Below are positions 1-14,304 of a stretch of 64,000 bases of DNA, piece after piece (the first letter of the stretch is position 1; every line of letters starts with the position of its first letter). The notes beneath the pieces were generated by a model. The model ran no database searches, was not told the origin of the DNA, and was given only the letters and a program-made list of their open reading frames with translations. The stretch covers positions 62,001-126,000 of the forward strand of contig JBBPEB010000008.1 of the NCBI GenBank assembly GCA_039096225.1, in the 5' to 3' direction. Origin of the DNA: Blastocystis sp. Blastoise (lineage: Eukaryota > Protista > Bigyra: Opalinata). The position numbers and the translations under genes were made by a program.

Positions 1-3000
1 TCTCCAATACTTATAGGCCCATTCTAAGACTATATCATTAATTTTTGATATTAAAAAGTATAAGTATCTTCCTTTGAGTTTTGAGACTTGAGATATATTA
101 TGAATAGTAGATTCAGGAATTGTCCCAGAGGCACCAAGTATAACAGTATAGTAGGAGATTTGTTTATTAGGGAAATCATGTTGTAATTTTTGTATAGCTT
201 CATCATATGAATGATCTTTAGTATGTTTCATTTCTAAGATAGTATCACGAGTTCCATCTACTTGTTCATAAGTAACACCAATTTCTACCATTCTTATTTC
301 TTTCTCACTTGTAATTATAATATCTGGACGACGATTAGCCCATTCCTCTTTATTCTTACCATCATATAGAATAGTATTCATTGATTTTTCTTGATTGACT
401 TTATAAATAGTATAAGGAAGAGCTTTTGCCAAAGATCTAGTTAAACATTCTCGTATTTCATTATGTCTTTTGCTAATCAGATCGTGTCCATTTTCATTTC
501 TAGAGATTCTAGCACAAGTAGTCATGATGTGTGTTTGACTATGTATTCTTGATTCATTTTTAGTTTTCAAACAATAAGGACATAAAGCGACAGTATCATG
601 TAGAGTAGGTTTCTTTCCTTTCGGATCTTGTCTTCTATAAGCCATCTCACCAGTATATAGGGTTCTCATTCGAAGATTCAATAAGGCACAGTATTTTGAA
701 GGATTAATATGTTTTGTTTTGTATATCCATTTGTTACACGATATATTATTATTCAAATATTTAGTATATTGCAAATAGGAGTATTCTTTCAGCATAGAAG
801 CATGTCTTATTTTCAAAGATTCATTTAATAATTTACACATCTTACGTTTCACATCTTTCGCTTCTATAAATTTCGATATACTATTATCAGTACTTCTTAT
901 TCTTATTCCAGCTCCATTTTTCGGATTATTTTCATAGTAACATATGTCCATGTTTAAAGCAACTATAGCATCAATTGCTTTTCTTATATAAGGGAAGGGA
1001 TGGTTCAGTGTAGTAAAGTCTATATCTAGAGGAATAATAGTATTATTTTCTTTCTTTGCTTTTAAGGGTTTGTTAATATTGTTGATAGATAGATTAAAGA
1101 ATACCAAATCTTTCTTTCTAGTTTCAGGGATTTCAGTAGGAATATGGCCTCTCATATAGTTTATTGGATCATTAATCACATATAGAGAATTTTGTAGAGT
1201 AGTATATCTAAGAGCATAATATAAAGTATTTCTAATATTTATATCATTTGAATTAGCCATTCTTACCAGTAGAGAAGCTTTACCAATATAGTACCTATCT
1301 AACAACGAAGTAACACCAAGTCCACCATCTCGTATTGAAGTGCTATAAAAGTCTTTAGGCCAGACAGAAGAACATCCATTCCAATTCTTAACATTATTTC
1401 TTATTAGTACATCCAGTTCTTTTATTTTAAGTATATTAGTATCACCATTTCTAGCCAAGAATTCAATACAAGGAATAATATATTGACGAAGAGTTATTAA
1501 TTTTTGATGAGGACTAATAGGAATAGTATTTAAAGAATTTATTTTTTCTTTGATTTCATCTAACGTATTCACCCAGAATTCTCTTCGTTTAGTAATGGAT
1601 TCACCCATAGGACATCCTAAATATCTTTGGATTTCAGTATCTTTAAGTAGAGTAATCACTTCATTATTATAAGTAGGAGGAGGAGGAGTATACGTAAGTT
1701 TTCTATTTCCATCATTGGAATATTTCATCGCTAAACACTTACATTTATTAACCGATAGTTTCATATGATATATATTAAGTATTTCTTTTACCTTTCCTAA
1801 AAGAACTTCCGTATCTTCTTTATTGTTAGCTAGCAGGACGATATCATCTGCATAAGCATAAGCATTACTTTCTGATATAACAATAGGATTATTAGGAGTA
1901 GTGTTATCTTTAATATTCATCATCATGGCTTGATTATTGTTCAGGTAATTCAATAAAGGATTAAGTATAATATTGAATAGAAGAGGAGATAGGGGATCAC
2001 CTTGTCTTATTCCACGCTTTAAGTATATAGGATCTGTATATGAATTTTTGGTTAATCTTATAACAGTATTAGCAGAAGAGTATAAGGATAGAATAATATT
2101 TCTGAAGTCTATAGGGAAGTTCATATATTGAAGAATTTGATGCATTAATCTTTGAGGTACCGTATCATAGGCCTTCTCCAAGTCGAGGAAAGTAAAATAG
2201 GCAGCAGTTTTAGCTCTTCTAGATAGTTTAAAGTTAGCTATGTAGTTTTGTAGTATGAAATTAAGTTCTTCACAACCAGGTATTCCAGATATAAATCCTT
2301 TTTGATATTTTGACATAAAGTTTTGTTTATTGTTTAGTTCATTCATGTAGGTAACCATTATAGAAGAAAGTATTTTTGATTCAGTATTTTGTAAAGCCAA
2401 AGGTCTCCAGTTTCCTAAGCTACTAGGATCCGATTTATTTTTGTCTAGTAGGCAAGTGATAGAGGAACTCCAAGATTTTAGAGTAATACCATTCGAACGA
2501 CATATTTCTAATATATAAGCCAATAGAGAACAAGCAGAAGAGGAGTATTTGTAAACTTCATAAGGGAGACCATTAGGACCAGGAGTACTGTTATTTGGTA
2601 AAAATTTTAATGCATGTCTAATTCTTTCATAGGTTATCTTATTAAGGGCAGGAGGATTTAGTAATTGTTTAGTATTTGATTTTATAATATCTGGAAGTAA
2701 TATATTATCTGAAGTTTCTTGTGAATCATATAGTTTCGTAAATTGTTCTTGTAAATCCTTAGAAGGTATTTCACAATATCTAGGAGTAGTTTTAGAGAAT
2801 ACTTTACTTCTTAAGAAAGCTTTAGTATTCTTATCAAATTCGGATTGTATTTTCTTAGCATCATTAATAGAAGTAATTCTTATTTTAGCTTCTTTAAGTT
2901 GGTTAATATTCCATAAGCATGATTCTATCTCATTCATTATAAGATTTAATATCTCTTTCCATTGTTCTAGAGTAAGTAGAGGAGTATTATTATTTTCATT

Positions 3001-6000
3001 ATCTTTCTGTAAGATATTTAATATATTTATTTTTAATTCTTCATCTTCATCAAAGAGTGTAATAGATTGTAGTTTATTTTTCCAATTAAGGATAGACTCA
3101 GAAAGAGTAGAAGAGATAGTATAGGATTCAGTTTCAGGAATATTAGGTAATATAGTATGATTCAAATCGTATTTTAGAGTATCTAGATTACTTTTTAGAT
3201 TATTATAGTATTTCTTTAAAGCTTCAATTTCATTATCCGTAGATTTTCTGAAAGGATTATTATCAAAGAAATCATCATTCGTTTGTTTGAAATTATTATT
3301 CATATGTATAGTGTTAGTATTATTAGTAGGAGTAGTAGTAGTAGGAGGAGGGGAAGTAGTAGGAGGAGAAGCAGTAGAAGGAGAAGTAGTATCAGTAGAG
3401 GGAGTAGTACCATTTATAGTAGTAGATCGATTAGTAGTAGTAGTAGTAGAAGGACTTAAATCCATATAGTTCTTATATTTTTTATTCTTTTTATATTTGT
3501 TTTTATTACTATAATTGTTTATAGGATGATTATAATTATTCTTTCTTCTATTATATCTATGTTGATTATAATCATGATTATTTCCAGGAATATTTTGAGT
3601 ATCATATCGATTTTGAGTATTCCCATGATTATTCTGAGAAATATCATGAGTATTCATAGCATCCGTATTATTAGTAGTATTCTGAAGATTATTAGGAGAA
3701 GAACCAGTATAGTTTTGATTTTGACCATAACCGCGATTATTTTGAGAAATATCATGCATATCCATATACTTCTTTCTATATTGATTATTCTTTCTAGTAT
3801 ATGTTTTCTTTAAGTTTCTATATTGGTTATTTGATCTATATGAATTGCTATTTCTATTTTTTCCAGCATAAGAATATTTATTTGAAGAATTCTTATCATT
3901 ATAGTTATTCCTTTGAGAAGGAGAATAACTATTATTCTTTCTGTATATAGTATTATATTTCTTAATAGAACTGTTGTTATTGAGATTATTATTACGCCAA
4001 GATCTATAAGTAGGAGTAGAATTATTATATATCCAATTATAGAGTTCATTTTGAATATAATCACATATATTATTGAAGGAATTAATCATTTCGTTATTCA
4101 TCTGTATAGTATTCGATTCATCAGAGGAGTTAGGGAAAGGAGTAACAAGAGGTATGAGTTTATCTTCTATAAATTTGTTAAATCTAATGAAACTTTTCCA
4201 ATTTCCTAATTTATGTATAGCCATGGAAGAAAGTCGTCTTTTAGGAGTATTATCTACTTTGATAGTTTTTGAGAATTGTATAGTTTTCTGAATATTAATA
4301 GGAGAGTAAGTAGAAAGGAGATCTTCAGTATTAGGAATTCGAGGAGCCTTTATATAATCATCATATTTTGATTTATTCTTAGTATTCTTATTTCTATTTC
4401 CTTTTTGTGTAGAATTCTTTTTATTCTTTTGAGTTGAATTATTTGTAGAAGTATTTTCTTGAGTATTAGAAGATTCAATATCCATCATAGTATCATTATT
4501 AGTATTCATAGTAGTAGAAGCTATTTCTTCTTGTATTTCCATAGTATTCATAGGAGTATTTGTTTCAGAATTACTCATGTTTTGATCTATATCTATATCA
4601 ATATCTATAGTATTATTATTGTTTAAAATTTCATTCGTATTGATAGGAAGAGGAGTAGTAGTAGTTTCTATAGTAGTAGTAGTTTCTGTAGTAGTCTTCT
4701 TAGATCCATTTATGTCTTTTTGAGTAGAATTAAGTGGAGTAAAATTAAAATCTATATTCGAGAGACTTATATGATTTTCAAGAGGAATAGGAGAATTCAT
4801 AGGAGAGGTAGTAGTTGAAGTGGATGTAGAAGAAATATTAATTATCGATTCATCAGAAGATACATCATAGTATTCATTTCGATTCTGTATTGTAGTTGTA
4901 TTATTCATTTGAGTATTAGTTTCATCAAGATTAATAGTATTTCTCTTATTTTGTGTATTTTCTTCTTCATTAGTTATAGATGTAGTAATCTCCTTGTTTG
5001 TAGTAATATTCATAGTATTATTTACTAAATCCTTATGGATAGATTCCTTTTGCTGATTAATATTATTTGTATTAGAATCGATAGTATTCAAAGTAGAAGG
5101 AATACTATTAATATCTATATCTAATTCCATATCTATATTTTCTATAGAACTATTAGGAGACAATTGAGTATTATTTATAGAAGGAGAAGATATAATAGTA
5201 TTGTTTATTATATTGGTATTTATTTGATCTATATTCATAGAAGAAGATAAGTTTGTTGAATCTATATTAGAAGGAGATTCTATAGATATAGGAGATTCTA
5301 TAGTAGAAGAAATATTGACTGTAATAGGAGATTCTATAGATATAGAAGATTCTATTATAGTATGATCATCTGGATTTATAGTAGTATTCATGATAATAGG
5401 AGTATCAATATTATTTGTAGTATTTGTAGAAGAAGAAGAAATATGTATAGGAATAGAATTAGAATTAATTATAGAATTTGAGATAGAAGGAATAGTAGGT
5501 TCAATAGTAGTTATAGAATCAGAAGGAACAGGAGATAAAAAGGTACCCATATTAGTATGTGTATTATCCTCAATTTCATTTTGTATATAGTTATTTGTTG
5601 TATCACTTGGAGTTATTCTTTCTTGTATAGGGATTTCATTTTGTTTCGCTACTTCATTTATTGGAGCACTAGAATTTCTATGTTTATTTGAATAAATATT
5701 TCTGAGAGTTCGTAGTAAGTAGAACAGTGTATTCACACTTGACTGAGGGAATAACATGGAGAATGCTTTTTGGCGGGTAATTCTTTTTTGAATTCTAGGC
5801 CTATTTTTTCTTTTCTCGTAGATAAACATTAAAGTGAAGTGATTTATAAATTCCTTTAAGGATTCTATATTATTCCATTTCTTTCCATTTTTATGTTTTT
5901 TTATTGTGTTATAACCAATTAGAAATTCAGGTTTTGCCGGGAAAAGCCAATTAAATTTAGTAGGAAAATCTTTAGGAGGAGAAGTAATAGTATATATATT

Positions 6001-7611
6001 AGTAGGAAAAGAAAGAATAAATTCATTATTTTCAATAGTATTTAGTATAGTTTCATTTGTAGGAATCTCATTTTCATCTATTATATCATTAGGAGTAAGT
6101 ATAGGTATTTCTATATTAGAATCAGAATTCGTATATATATCTTGATCCTCTTGTTCGGTATTATTTAAATTGATAGAAATAGGTTCATCTTCAGAGGATA
6201 AAAGGGAGGTAGTTTGTATAGAAGGATGAATAATTTCATTTCCAATAGGAGTATTATTTGTAATTGTAGCAGTATCTATTATAGTAGTATTTGAAGATGT
6301 AGATAAAGAAGGAGATAGTTCTAGTGTAGGATTTCTTGCCCAAGAAGGAGGATTCGTATCATTTGGGAATATTCTATTGTGTAGTAATTGACTAAGTGTA
6401 GGAGTAGGAGGAGAATCAGAAGATTCAGGAGAATTTATAGCATCAGGAGAGTTTATAGAATCAGAAGAATCCATAGAAAAAGAAGAATCCATAGGAGCAG
6501 AAGAATCAAGAGCATTAGAAGAAACCATAGAAGCAGAAGAATAAATAGAATTAGTAGAATCAACAAAAGCAGAAGAATCAATAGCATTAGAAGAATTCAT
6601 TAAATTAGTAGATTCAGAAGTATTTAAAACAGTAGAATTAGATTGTGTAATGTTAACAGTAGGAATATTTTCATGAGTAGAAATAATAGATAAATTAGTA
6701 GATTCGTTAGTAGAATTGTTCAACAGGGATTCTTTTGTAGAGGACACATTTTCAGGAGTAGATAACGCATTAGAAGAAATAATAGTAGTAGAATTTTCAT
6801 TAAGAGTGTTTGTAGCCACCGAAATAACCATAGGTACATCATTTTGTTGATTTAGAGTCGTATTTTGTGTAGGAAGTCCAAGATTGGTAGTAGATTTTTG
6901 AGTAGATTTCACGTTTTGTTTAGGATCATCATAATCAATCCAAATGTTTACATTAGTAGACCAAGACTTAGCAAAGGCATCAGAAGACCAACCAGTAGAA
7001 GACCAAGATTCATCTTTCTTTTCAGAAGTATTTTCAGTAGAAGGTTTCAAAGGTTCAGAATTCACTTGTAGAGAAGAGTCAAGAGGAGGGTTCAAAGGAG
7101 TATCCACTCTTTTTCGAATAGACTTGTATTGTGTAGATATCGGAGACATAATTCGTTTCTTAGCCGAGGAAGTAGTATCTACGTAGAGGGTATCACTTTC
7201 AGAAAGTACCCAGTTAGAAGAATTGTTTGTAGTTGTAGTAGTTGAACCAGTAAGAGATAAGTCTATTAATTCTTTAGTATTTAAAGAATAATCTTGTTTA
7301 TTTTGAGGATCTATTTTAGTAGTAGTAGAATCACGGGAGAACTCGGAGTTTTGTGGGATTTCAAATCCGGAAAAAACCAATTTTGATCTTGGATCACCAT
7401 TTTCATCATAATTTTTTTGTTTTTCGTTTTTCTCATCTTCCACAGATTTAATTCGTTTCTCGTTTATCTGTAAACTGTTCTCATCGCTAGGGCTAGGAGC
7501 AGAAGAAGACGCCAGGTTCGTAGACCCAGATTTATCTCTGATCTTCAGATCAACTTGGAGTTTTGACTCCGGAACTTCACCGTTGTTACTAAAATGGATT
7601 GCTGATTGCAT
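1..7611 (-). CDS. Single ORF of an RLE-type non-LTR retrotransposon: long low-complexity N-terminus, reverse transcriptase, CCHC knuckle and restriction-like endonuclease; 3' end runs off the window
   Basis: ATG at 7611 (MQSAIHFSNNGEVPES...). The same frame gives PGPNGLPYEVYK, NWRPLALQN, QKGF, FLDLEKAYDT (~2170), RGIRQGDPLSPL (~2000), YAYADD (~1850), CPYC...HIMTTC...KRHN (~580-460) and RRPDIII...MVEIGVT (~330-270), and is still open at position 1 (...EWAYKYWR). The ORF track lists no stop-terminated ORF in this frame, consistent with one continuous ORF. Confidence 0.95.
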   Translation of the reverse strand, partial: MQSAIHFSNNGEVPESKLQVDLKIRDKSGSTNLASSSAPSPSDENSLQINEKRIKSVEDEKNEKQKNYDENGDPRSKLVFSGFEIPQNSEFSRDSTTTKIDPQNKQDYSLNTKELIDLSLTGSTTTTTNNSSNWVLSESDTLYVDTTSSAKKRIMSPISTQYKSIRKRVDTPLNPPLDSSLQVNSEPLKPSTENTSEKKDESWSSTGWSSDAFAKSWSTNVNIWIDYDDPKQNVKSTQKSTTNLGLPTQNTTLNQQNDVPMVISVATNTLNENSTTIISSNALSTPENVSSTKESLLNNSTNESTNLSIISTHENIPTVNITQSNSTVLNTSESTNLMNSSNAIDSSAFVDSTNSIYSSASMVSSNALDSSAPMDSSFSMDSSDSINSPDAINSPESSDSPPTPTLSQLLHNRIFPNDTNPPSWARNPTLELSPSLSTSSNTTIIDTATITNNTPIGNEIIHPSIQTTSLLSSEDEPISINLNNTEQEDQDIYTNSDSNIEIPILTPNDIIDENEIPTNETILNTIENNEFILSFPTNIYTITSPPKDFPTKFNWLFPAKPEFLIGYNTIKKHKNGKKWNNIESLKEFINHFTLMFIYEKRKNRPRIQKRITRQKAFSMLFPQSSVNTLFYLLRTLRNIYSNKHRNSSAPINEVAKQNEIPIQERITPSDTTNNYIQNEIEDNTHTNMGTFLSPVPSDSITTIEPTIPSISNSIINSNSIPIHISSSSTNTTNNIDTPIIMNTTINPDDHTIIESSISIESPITVNISSTIESPISIESPSNIDSTNLSSSMNIDQINTNIINNTIISSPSINNTQLSPNSSIENIDMELDIDINSIPSTLNTIDSNTNNINQQKESIHKDLVNNTMNITTNKEITTSITNEEENTQNKRNTINLDETNTQMNNTTTIQNRNEYYDVSSDESIINISSTSTSTTTSPMNSPIPLENHISLSNIDFNFTPLNSTQKDINGSKKTTTETTTTIETTTTPLPINTNEILNNNNTIDIDIDIDQNMSNSETNTPMNTMEIQEEIASTTMNTNNDTMMDIESSNTQENTSTNNSTQKNKKNSTQKGNRNKNTKNKSKYDDYIKAPRIPNTEDLLSTYSPINIQKTIQFSKTIKVDNTPKRRLSSMAIHKLGNWKSFIRFNKFIEDKLIPLVTPFPNSSDESNTIQMNNEMINSFNNICDYIQNELYNWIYNNSTPTYRSWRNNNLNNNSSIKKYNTIYRKNNSYSPSQRNNYNDKNSSNKYSYAGKNRNSNSYRSNNQYRNLKKTYTRKNNQYRKKYMDMHDISQNNRGYGQNQNYTGSSPNNLQNTTNNTDAMNTHDISQNNHGNTQNRYDTQNIPGNNHDYNQHRYNRRKNNYNHPINNYSNKNKYKKNKKYKNYMDLSPSTTTTTNRSTTINGTTPSTDTTSPSTASPPTTSPPPTTTTPTNNTNTIHMNNNFKQTNDDFFDNNPFRKSTDNEIEALKKYYNNLKSNLDTLKYDLNHTILPNIPETESYTISSTLSESILNWKNKLQSITLFDEDEELKINILNILQKDNENNNTPLLTLEQWKEILNLIMNEIESCLWNINQLKEAKIRITSINDAKKIQSEFDKNTKAFLRSKVFSKTTPRYCEIPSKDLQEQFTKLYDSQETSDNILLPDIIKSNTKQLLNPPALNKITYERIRHALKFLPNNSTPGPNGLPYEVYKYSSSACSLLAYILEICRSNGITLKSWSSSITCLLDKNKSDPSSLGNWRPLALQNTESKILSSIMVTYMNELNNKQNFMSKYQKGFISGIPGCEELNFILQNYIANFKLSRRAKTAAYFTFLDLEKAYDTVPQRLMHQILQYMNFPIDFRNIILSLYSSANTVIRLTKNSYTDPIYLKRGIRQGDPLSPLLFNIILNPLLNYLNNNQAMMMNIKDNTTPNNPIVISESNAYAYADDIVLLANNKEDTEVLLGKVKEILNIYHMKLSVNKCKCLAMKYSNDGNRKLTYTPPPPTYNNEVITLLKDTEIQRYLGCPMGESITKRREFWVNTLDEIKEKINSLNTIPISPHQKLITLRQYIIPCIEFLARNGDTNILKIKELDVLIRNNVKNWNGCSSVWPKDFYSTSIRDGGLGVTSLLDRYYIGKASLLVRMANSNDINIRNTLYYALRYTTLQNSLYVINDPINYMRGHIPTEIPETRKKDLVFFNLSINNINKPLKAKKENNTIIPLDIDFTTLNHPFPYIRKAIDAIVALNMDICYYENNPKNGAGIRIRSTDNSISKFIEAKDVKRKMCKLLNESLKIRHASMLKEYSYLQYTKYLNNNISCNKWIYKTKHINPSKYCALLNLRMRTLYTGEMAYRRQDPKGKKPTLHDTVALCPYCLKTKNESRIHSQTHIMTTCARISRNENGHDLISKRHNEIRECLTRSLAKALPYTIYKVNQEKSMNTILYDGKNKEEWANRRPDIIITSEKEIRMVEIGVTYEQVDGTRDTILEMKHTKDHSYDEAIQKLQHDFPNKQISYYTVILGASGTIPESTIHNISQVSKLKGRYLYFLISKINDIVLEWAYKYWR

Positions 7612-7619
7612 GAGGATAT

Positions 7620-7640
7620 AAAAAAAATGTAAAAAAGAAA
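7620..7640 (-). terminator. Pol III oligo-T terminator of the tRNA
   Basis: TTTCTTTTTTACATTTTTTTT immediately 3' of the tRNA. Confidence 0.7.
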
Positions 7641-7712
7641 CGCCTGATAGGGGGATCGAACCCCTGACCACTGGATTAAAAGTCAAGCGCTCTACCGCTG
7701 AGCTAACCAGGC
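7641..7712 (-). tRNA. tRNA-Lys (anticodon UUU)
   Basis: GCCTGGT TA GCTC AGCGGTA GAGC G CTTGA CTTTTAA TCCAG TGGTC AGGGG TTCGATC CCCCT ATCAGGC G; 72 nt, intact A and B boxes, one U-C mismatch in the anticodon stem. Confidence 0.93.
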
Positions 7713-8070
7713 TCCATGTTTAAGTTAGTTTTAGTGTCATAGACGTGACTAGTGGAAAAAGATGTTATAAAGAAAGCGTGTTATTATGGCAATGTTTTAT
7801 TTATGATTTTTAGTGTTTGTTGAGTTGTGAAACTAGGTTTATTTGTGATTATGGAAATTTTATGATGTTTTGGAGATATTCTTACACAACCGCGGATAAA
7901 ATATTTTTGACAAGGATATTTTTGAATTCGTCATGAAACTATCTTTTTGATAAAATTATTGAAATAGTGTTGTTTATTCGTTGTAGAGTATATAATAATC
8001 TATATTCTTCTTGCTACAGGAATTCTGTGAATATACAGTATCGTTTAGTTGATACAATTGCTTTTTATTT

Positions 8071-11015
<2,945 letters not shown>

Positions 11016-11609
11016 TTATATATATATAAATGTATATAAATAGAATATTATTTGATTTTTCTCTTATTAATTTATTATTTATGAATTATATATTTCTTTT
11101 TATTCATCTTTCTTTTTTTTTAAATATATGTTAATACTATTCATAATATTTATATATGATTATTTTATATATTATTTCAACTTCTTCTTCATAGTTGTTT
11201 TTATTTAATTATCATTTATTTAATAAAATAATAAAAAAATATTTAAATATAATCTATGAAACCATTTTCGTAAATTTTATTGTATATATAAATATTTTAT
11301 TCATTTATATCATTTTATTTTCTGTTAATTGTTGTTTTGTTAAATTGTATGTATATACAAATAGTTTATTTAATTTATATTCTATATTATATAAAAATTA
11401 ATGGTATATTAAATCTATATAGTATTTAGATATTATAAACAAATTAAAAGCAACTCTATTTTATATATAATAATAGTAAAGTGTATTAGCTATTGCCTTT
11501 TATAGAATTTTTAATGAAAAATGAGAAAAAAAAGTATACCTTTAAAAAGTGAAAAAAAAAATAGAAAATAGATTTGAGAATAAAAATGAAATTAAAATAT
11601 AAAAAAGAA

Positions 11610-11643
<34 letters not shown>

Positions 11644-11650
11644 GATACTA

Positions 11651-12655
11651 TTATTTCTTTGTTGAATGACTTAATTTAAATGGTTTAATGACAGTTGAAG
11701 GACGTTTAAATCGTTTCATTCGAGGAATAGTTGACGAAACGGTTTTTGGTGCTTTTTTATTATGATTTGAAGACTCAATTGTATTTTTTGATTGAATAGC
11801 TAATGATTATAATAGTAAGCATAATATATATAATAAATTTAAATAATATATTAGTGATAATATTATATATATATATTAAATTTATAAAATAATAAGAATA
11901 AATATAAAGTAGATTATATATACCTTTTTGTTTGTCTATTACTTTAATTGGTATTTCACTCTTTGTTTGCTTTTTAATAGTAGATAATTTTCTTGAAGAG
12001 GATGATGAAGAAGATGAAGAAATTGAAGATTTATGATTTGATTGACGTATAGATTTCTTTGAAGATTCTAATTTATTCTGTGTGGAATTTATATTTTGAA
12101 CCTTTTTATTAATACTTTTATTTTGCTGTTTATTGATTTTATTTCCTATTTTATGTACAGAAGAAGAAGAAGATGATGTTGATGTTCTTGTAGAAATAGA
12201 CTGTTTCTTTTGAAGTAACGAAAGTTGACGTTTAGTATAGCTATGACTTGCTTCAAATATATTATTATGATTATTAACCAAATTATTATTATTATTATTA
12301 TTAACCAAATTAGTATTACTATTATTATTAACCAAATTATTATTATGATTCATAGAGTAAGATAAAATAGAATCACTTGAGAATGATAATGATGATGATA
12401 AACTAACTTCAGGAACACAATTAGTTTCTCCATTATCAGGCAATCCTGTAAAATAAGAAGGAGAGTCAGTAAGTGACGCATGATGCATCATAGAAGATGA
12501 AATTGTGCTTTCCTGAGGAGACACAATTTTATCATTGGATAGAGAATTATTCATTTCAACGAAAGGTATAATATTATTATTCTTTGAATTACTATTATCA
12601 TCATTAATATATGTATTAATAGGAGCAACAGCACTAGTTACAGAATTATTATTAA

Positions 12656-12721
<66 letters not shown>

Positions 12722-13688
12722 GAATCAATTTAGATTGTATTTTACGTTTAAATACATCTTTTAAAGAAGAAGAAGGTGTATTATTCTCGCGGTTATTTTC
12801 TTCAGGAGAAATAGTAGAAGAAATAGGTAATATATCTAAAGCAGGAAGAGAAGGAGATTGAATAGTAATATCCTTTTGTATATTCTTATTTATTTTAGAT
12901 TTTTTTGTATTATTTTTTGTTGTTGCTATTGGTCGTTTCACATTATGTACATTCTTAGATTCTAATTGGACAGATTTTGAGTTTATTTTGGAATTAATTT
13001 TCTTCTGAACTTTCTTTTCTTTAGTATTTATTCTTGTTTTATTTTCAGATGATTTCAGTTTTCCTGGATTCAATTTTGTTTTAGATATATTATTTTTGTT
13101 TTGATTTATATTATTCTCTTGATTATATAAAAGATTCCTTTGAATTGTTTCTTTAGAAGGTATAGTAGTTCTATTATTTGATATACTCTCTTCAGAAGAA
13201 GAAGAAGATATCTATATATATATACATAGAATATAATAATATAAAAAAAAGGAAAAAAAAAATATTTATTGGATTGAAAAAAAAATGTAATTTATATATA
13301 TATATATACATTTAATTCTGAGTCTGAAGATAATTCATGATTATGTTTATATACTAAATTTGCTGATGATTTTGTTCCAATATGACGATTTTGAGAGGGA
13401 AGTGTACTTCTTCTTTCTTCTTTTTCTTGTTTTTTCTTTTTTTCCAAATATTCCAGTTTCTCTTCTATGAATTATATATAATAATAATAATAATAATATA
13501 TATATATATACTTTCTAGATCTTTGTTTAATAAATATTTACCTATATATAACATAAGTATAACAAATAATAATATAAATATACGTTTCTTTTCATCGGTC
13601 ATTAGTGTTCCTCTACGACCCCCTTGAGGTATAACATCTGAAACAGAAAGTAACGAATCACATGATAAATCCTATATAATTTATTCAT

Positions 13689-13719
<31 letters not shown>

Positions 13720-14268
13720 AAACTATTTGAAAGTCTTTTCGCAATTTCCGAAAACCGTTTTTCTGGTTCATCAACTATATAATAATAATAATAATAATAA
13801 ATATAATACCATATACTACATTAAATAAAATAAAATAAAATAAAATAAAATAAAATAAAATAAAATAAAATAAAATAAAATAAAAATAAATATAAATAAA
13901 ATAAAATAAAATAAAATAAAATAAAATAAAATAAAATAAAATAAAATAAAATAAAATAAAATAAAATAAAATAAAATAAAATAAAATAAAAAATAAAATA
14001 AAATAAAATAAAATAAAATAAAATAAAATAAAATCAATACGAATATGGTTGTCTGTAATATAATTTGTTTTATCATGATTTTGTTTAATAGTTTCTAATC
14101 GTTGTAAGTAATCTTCTATATCTCTGTTAATATAAGTACCAAGGCTTTCTTTAGACTCTAAAGATATACTGGAATCACTTTCTATGTAGGGAACATTTGA
14201 AGGGGATATATTATTATTATTATTATCAGCATTATCTGAGATATTATTATTATGAGCATTATCTGAGA

Positions 14269-14304
<36 letters not shown>

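Larger units (their letters stand above)
1..7640 (-). mobile_element. RLE-clade (R2/NeSL/CRE/HERO-like group) non-LTR retrotransposon, apparently 5'-complete, adjacent to a tRNA gene
   Basis: Intronless RT-CCHC-PD..E/K architecture in an otherwise intron-rich region. The exact 5' boundary and the clade cannot be resolved by eye. Confidence 0.88.

Noticed and set aside
3287-7186. Short plus-strand ORFs over the retrotransposon
   Set aside because: They are antisense shadows of the long minus-strand ORF.
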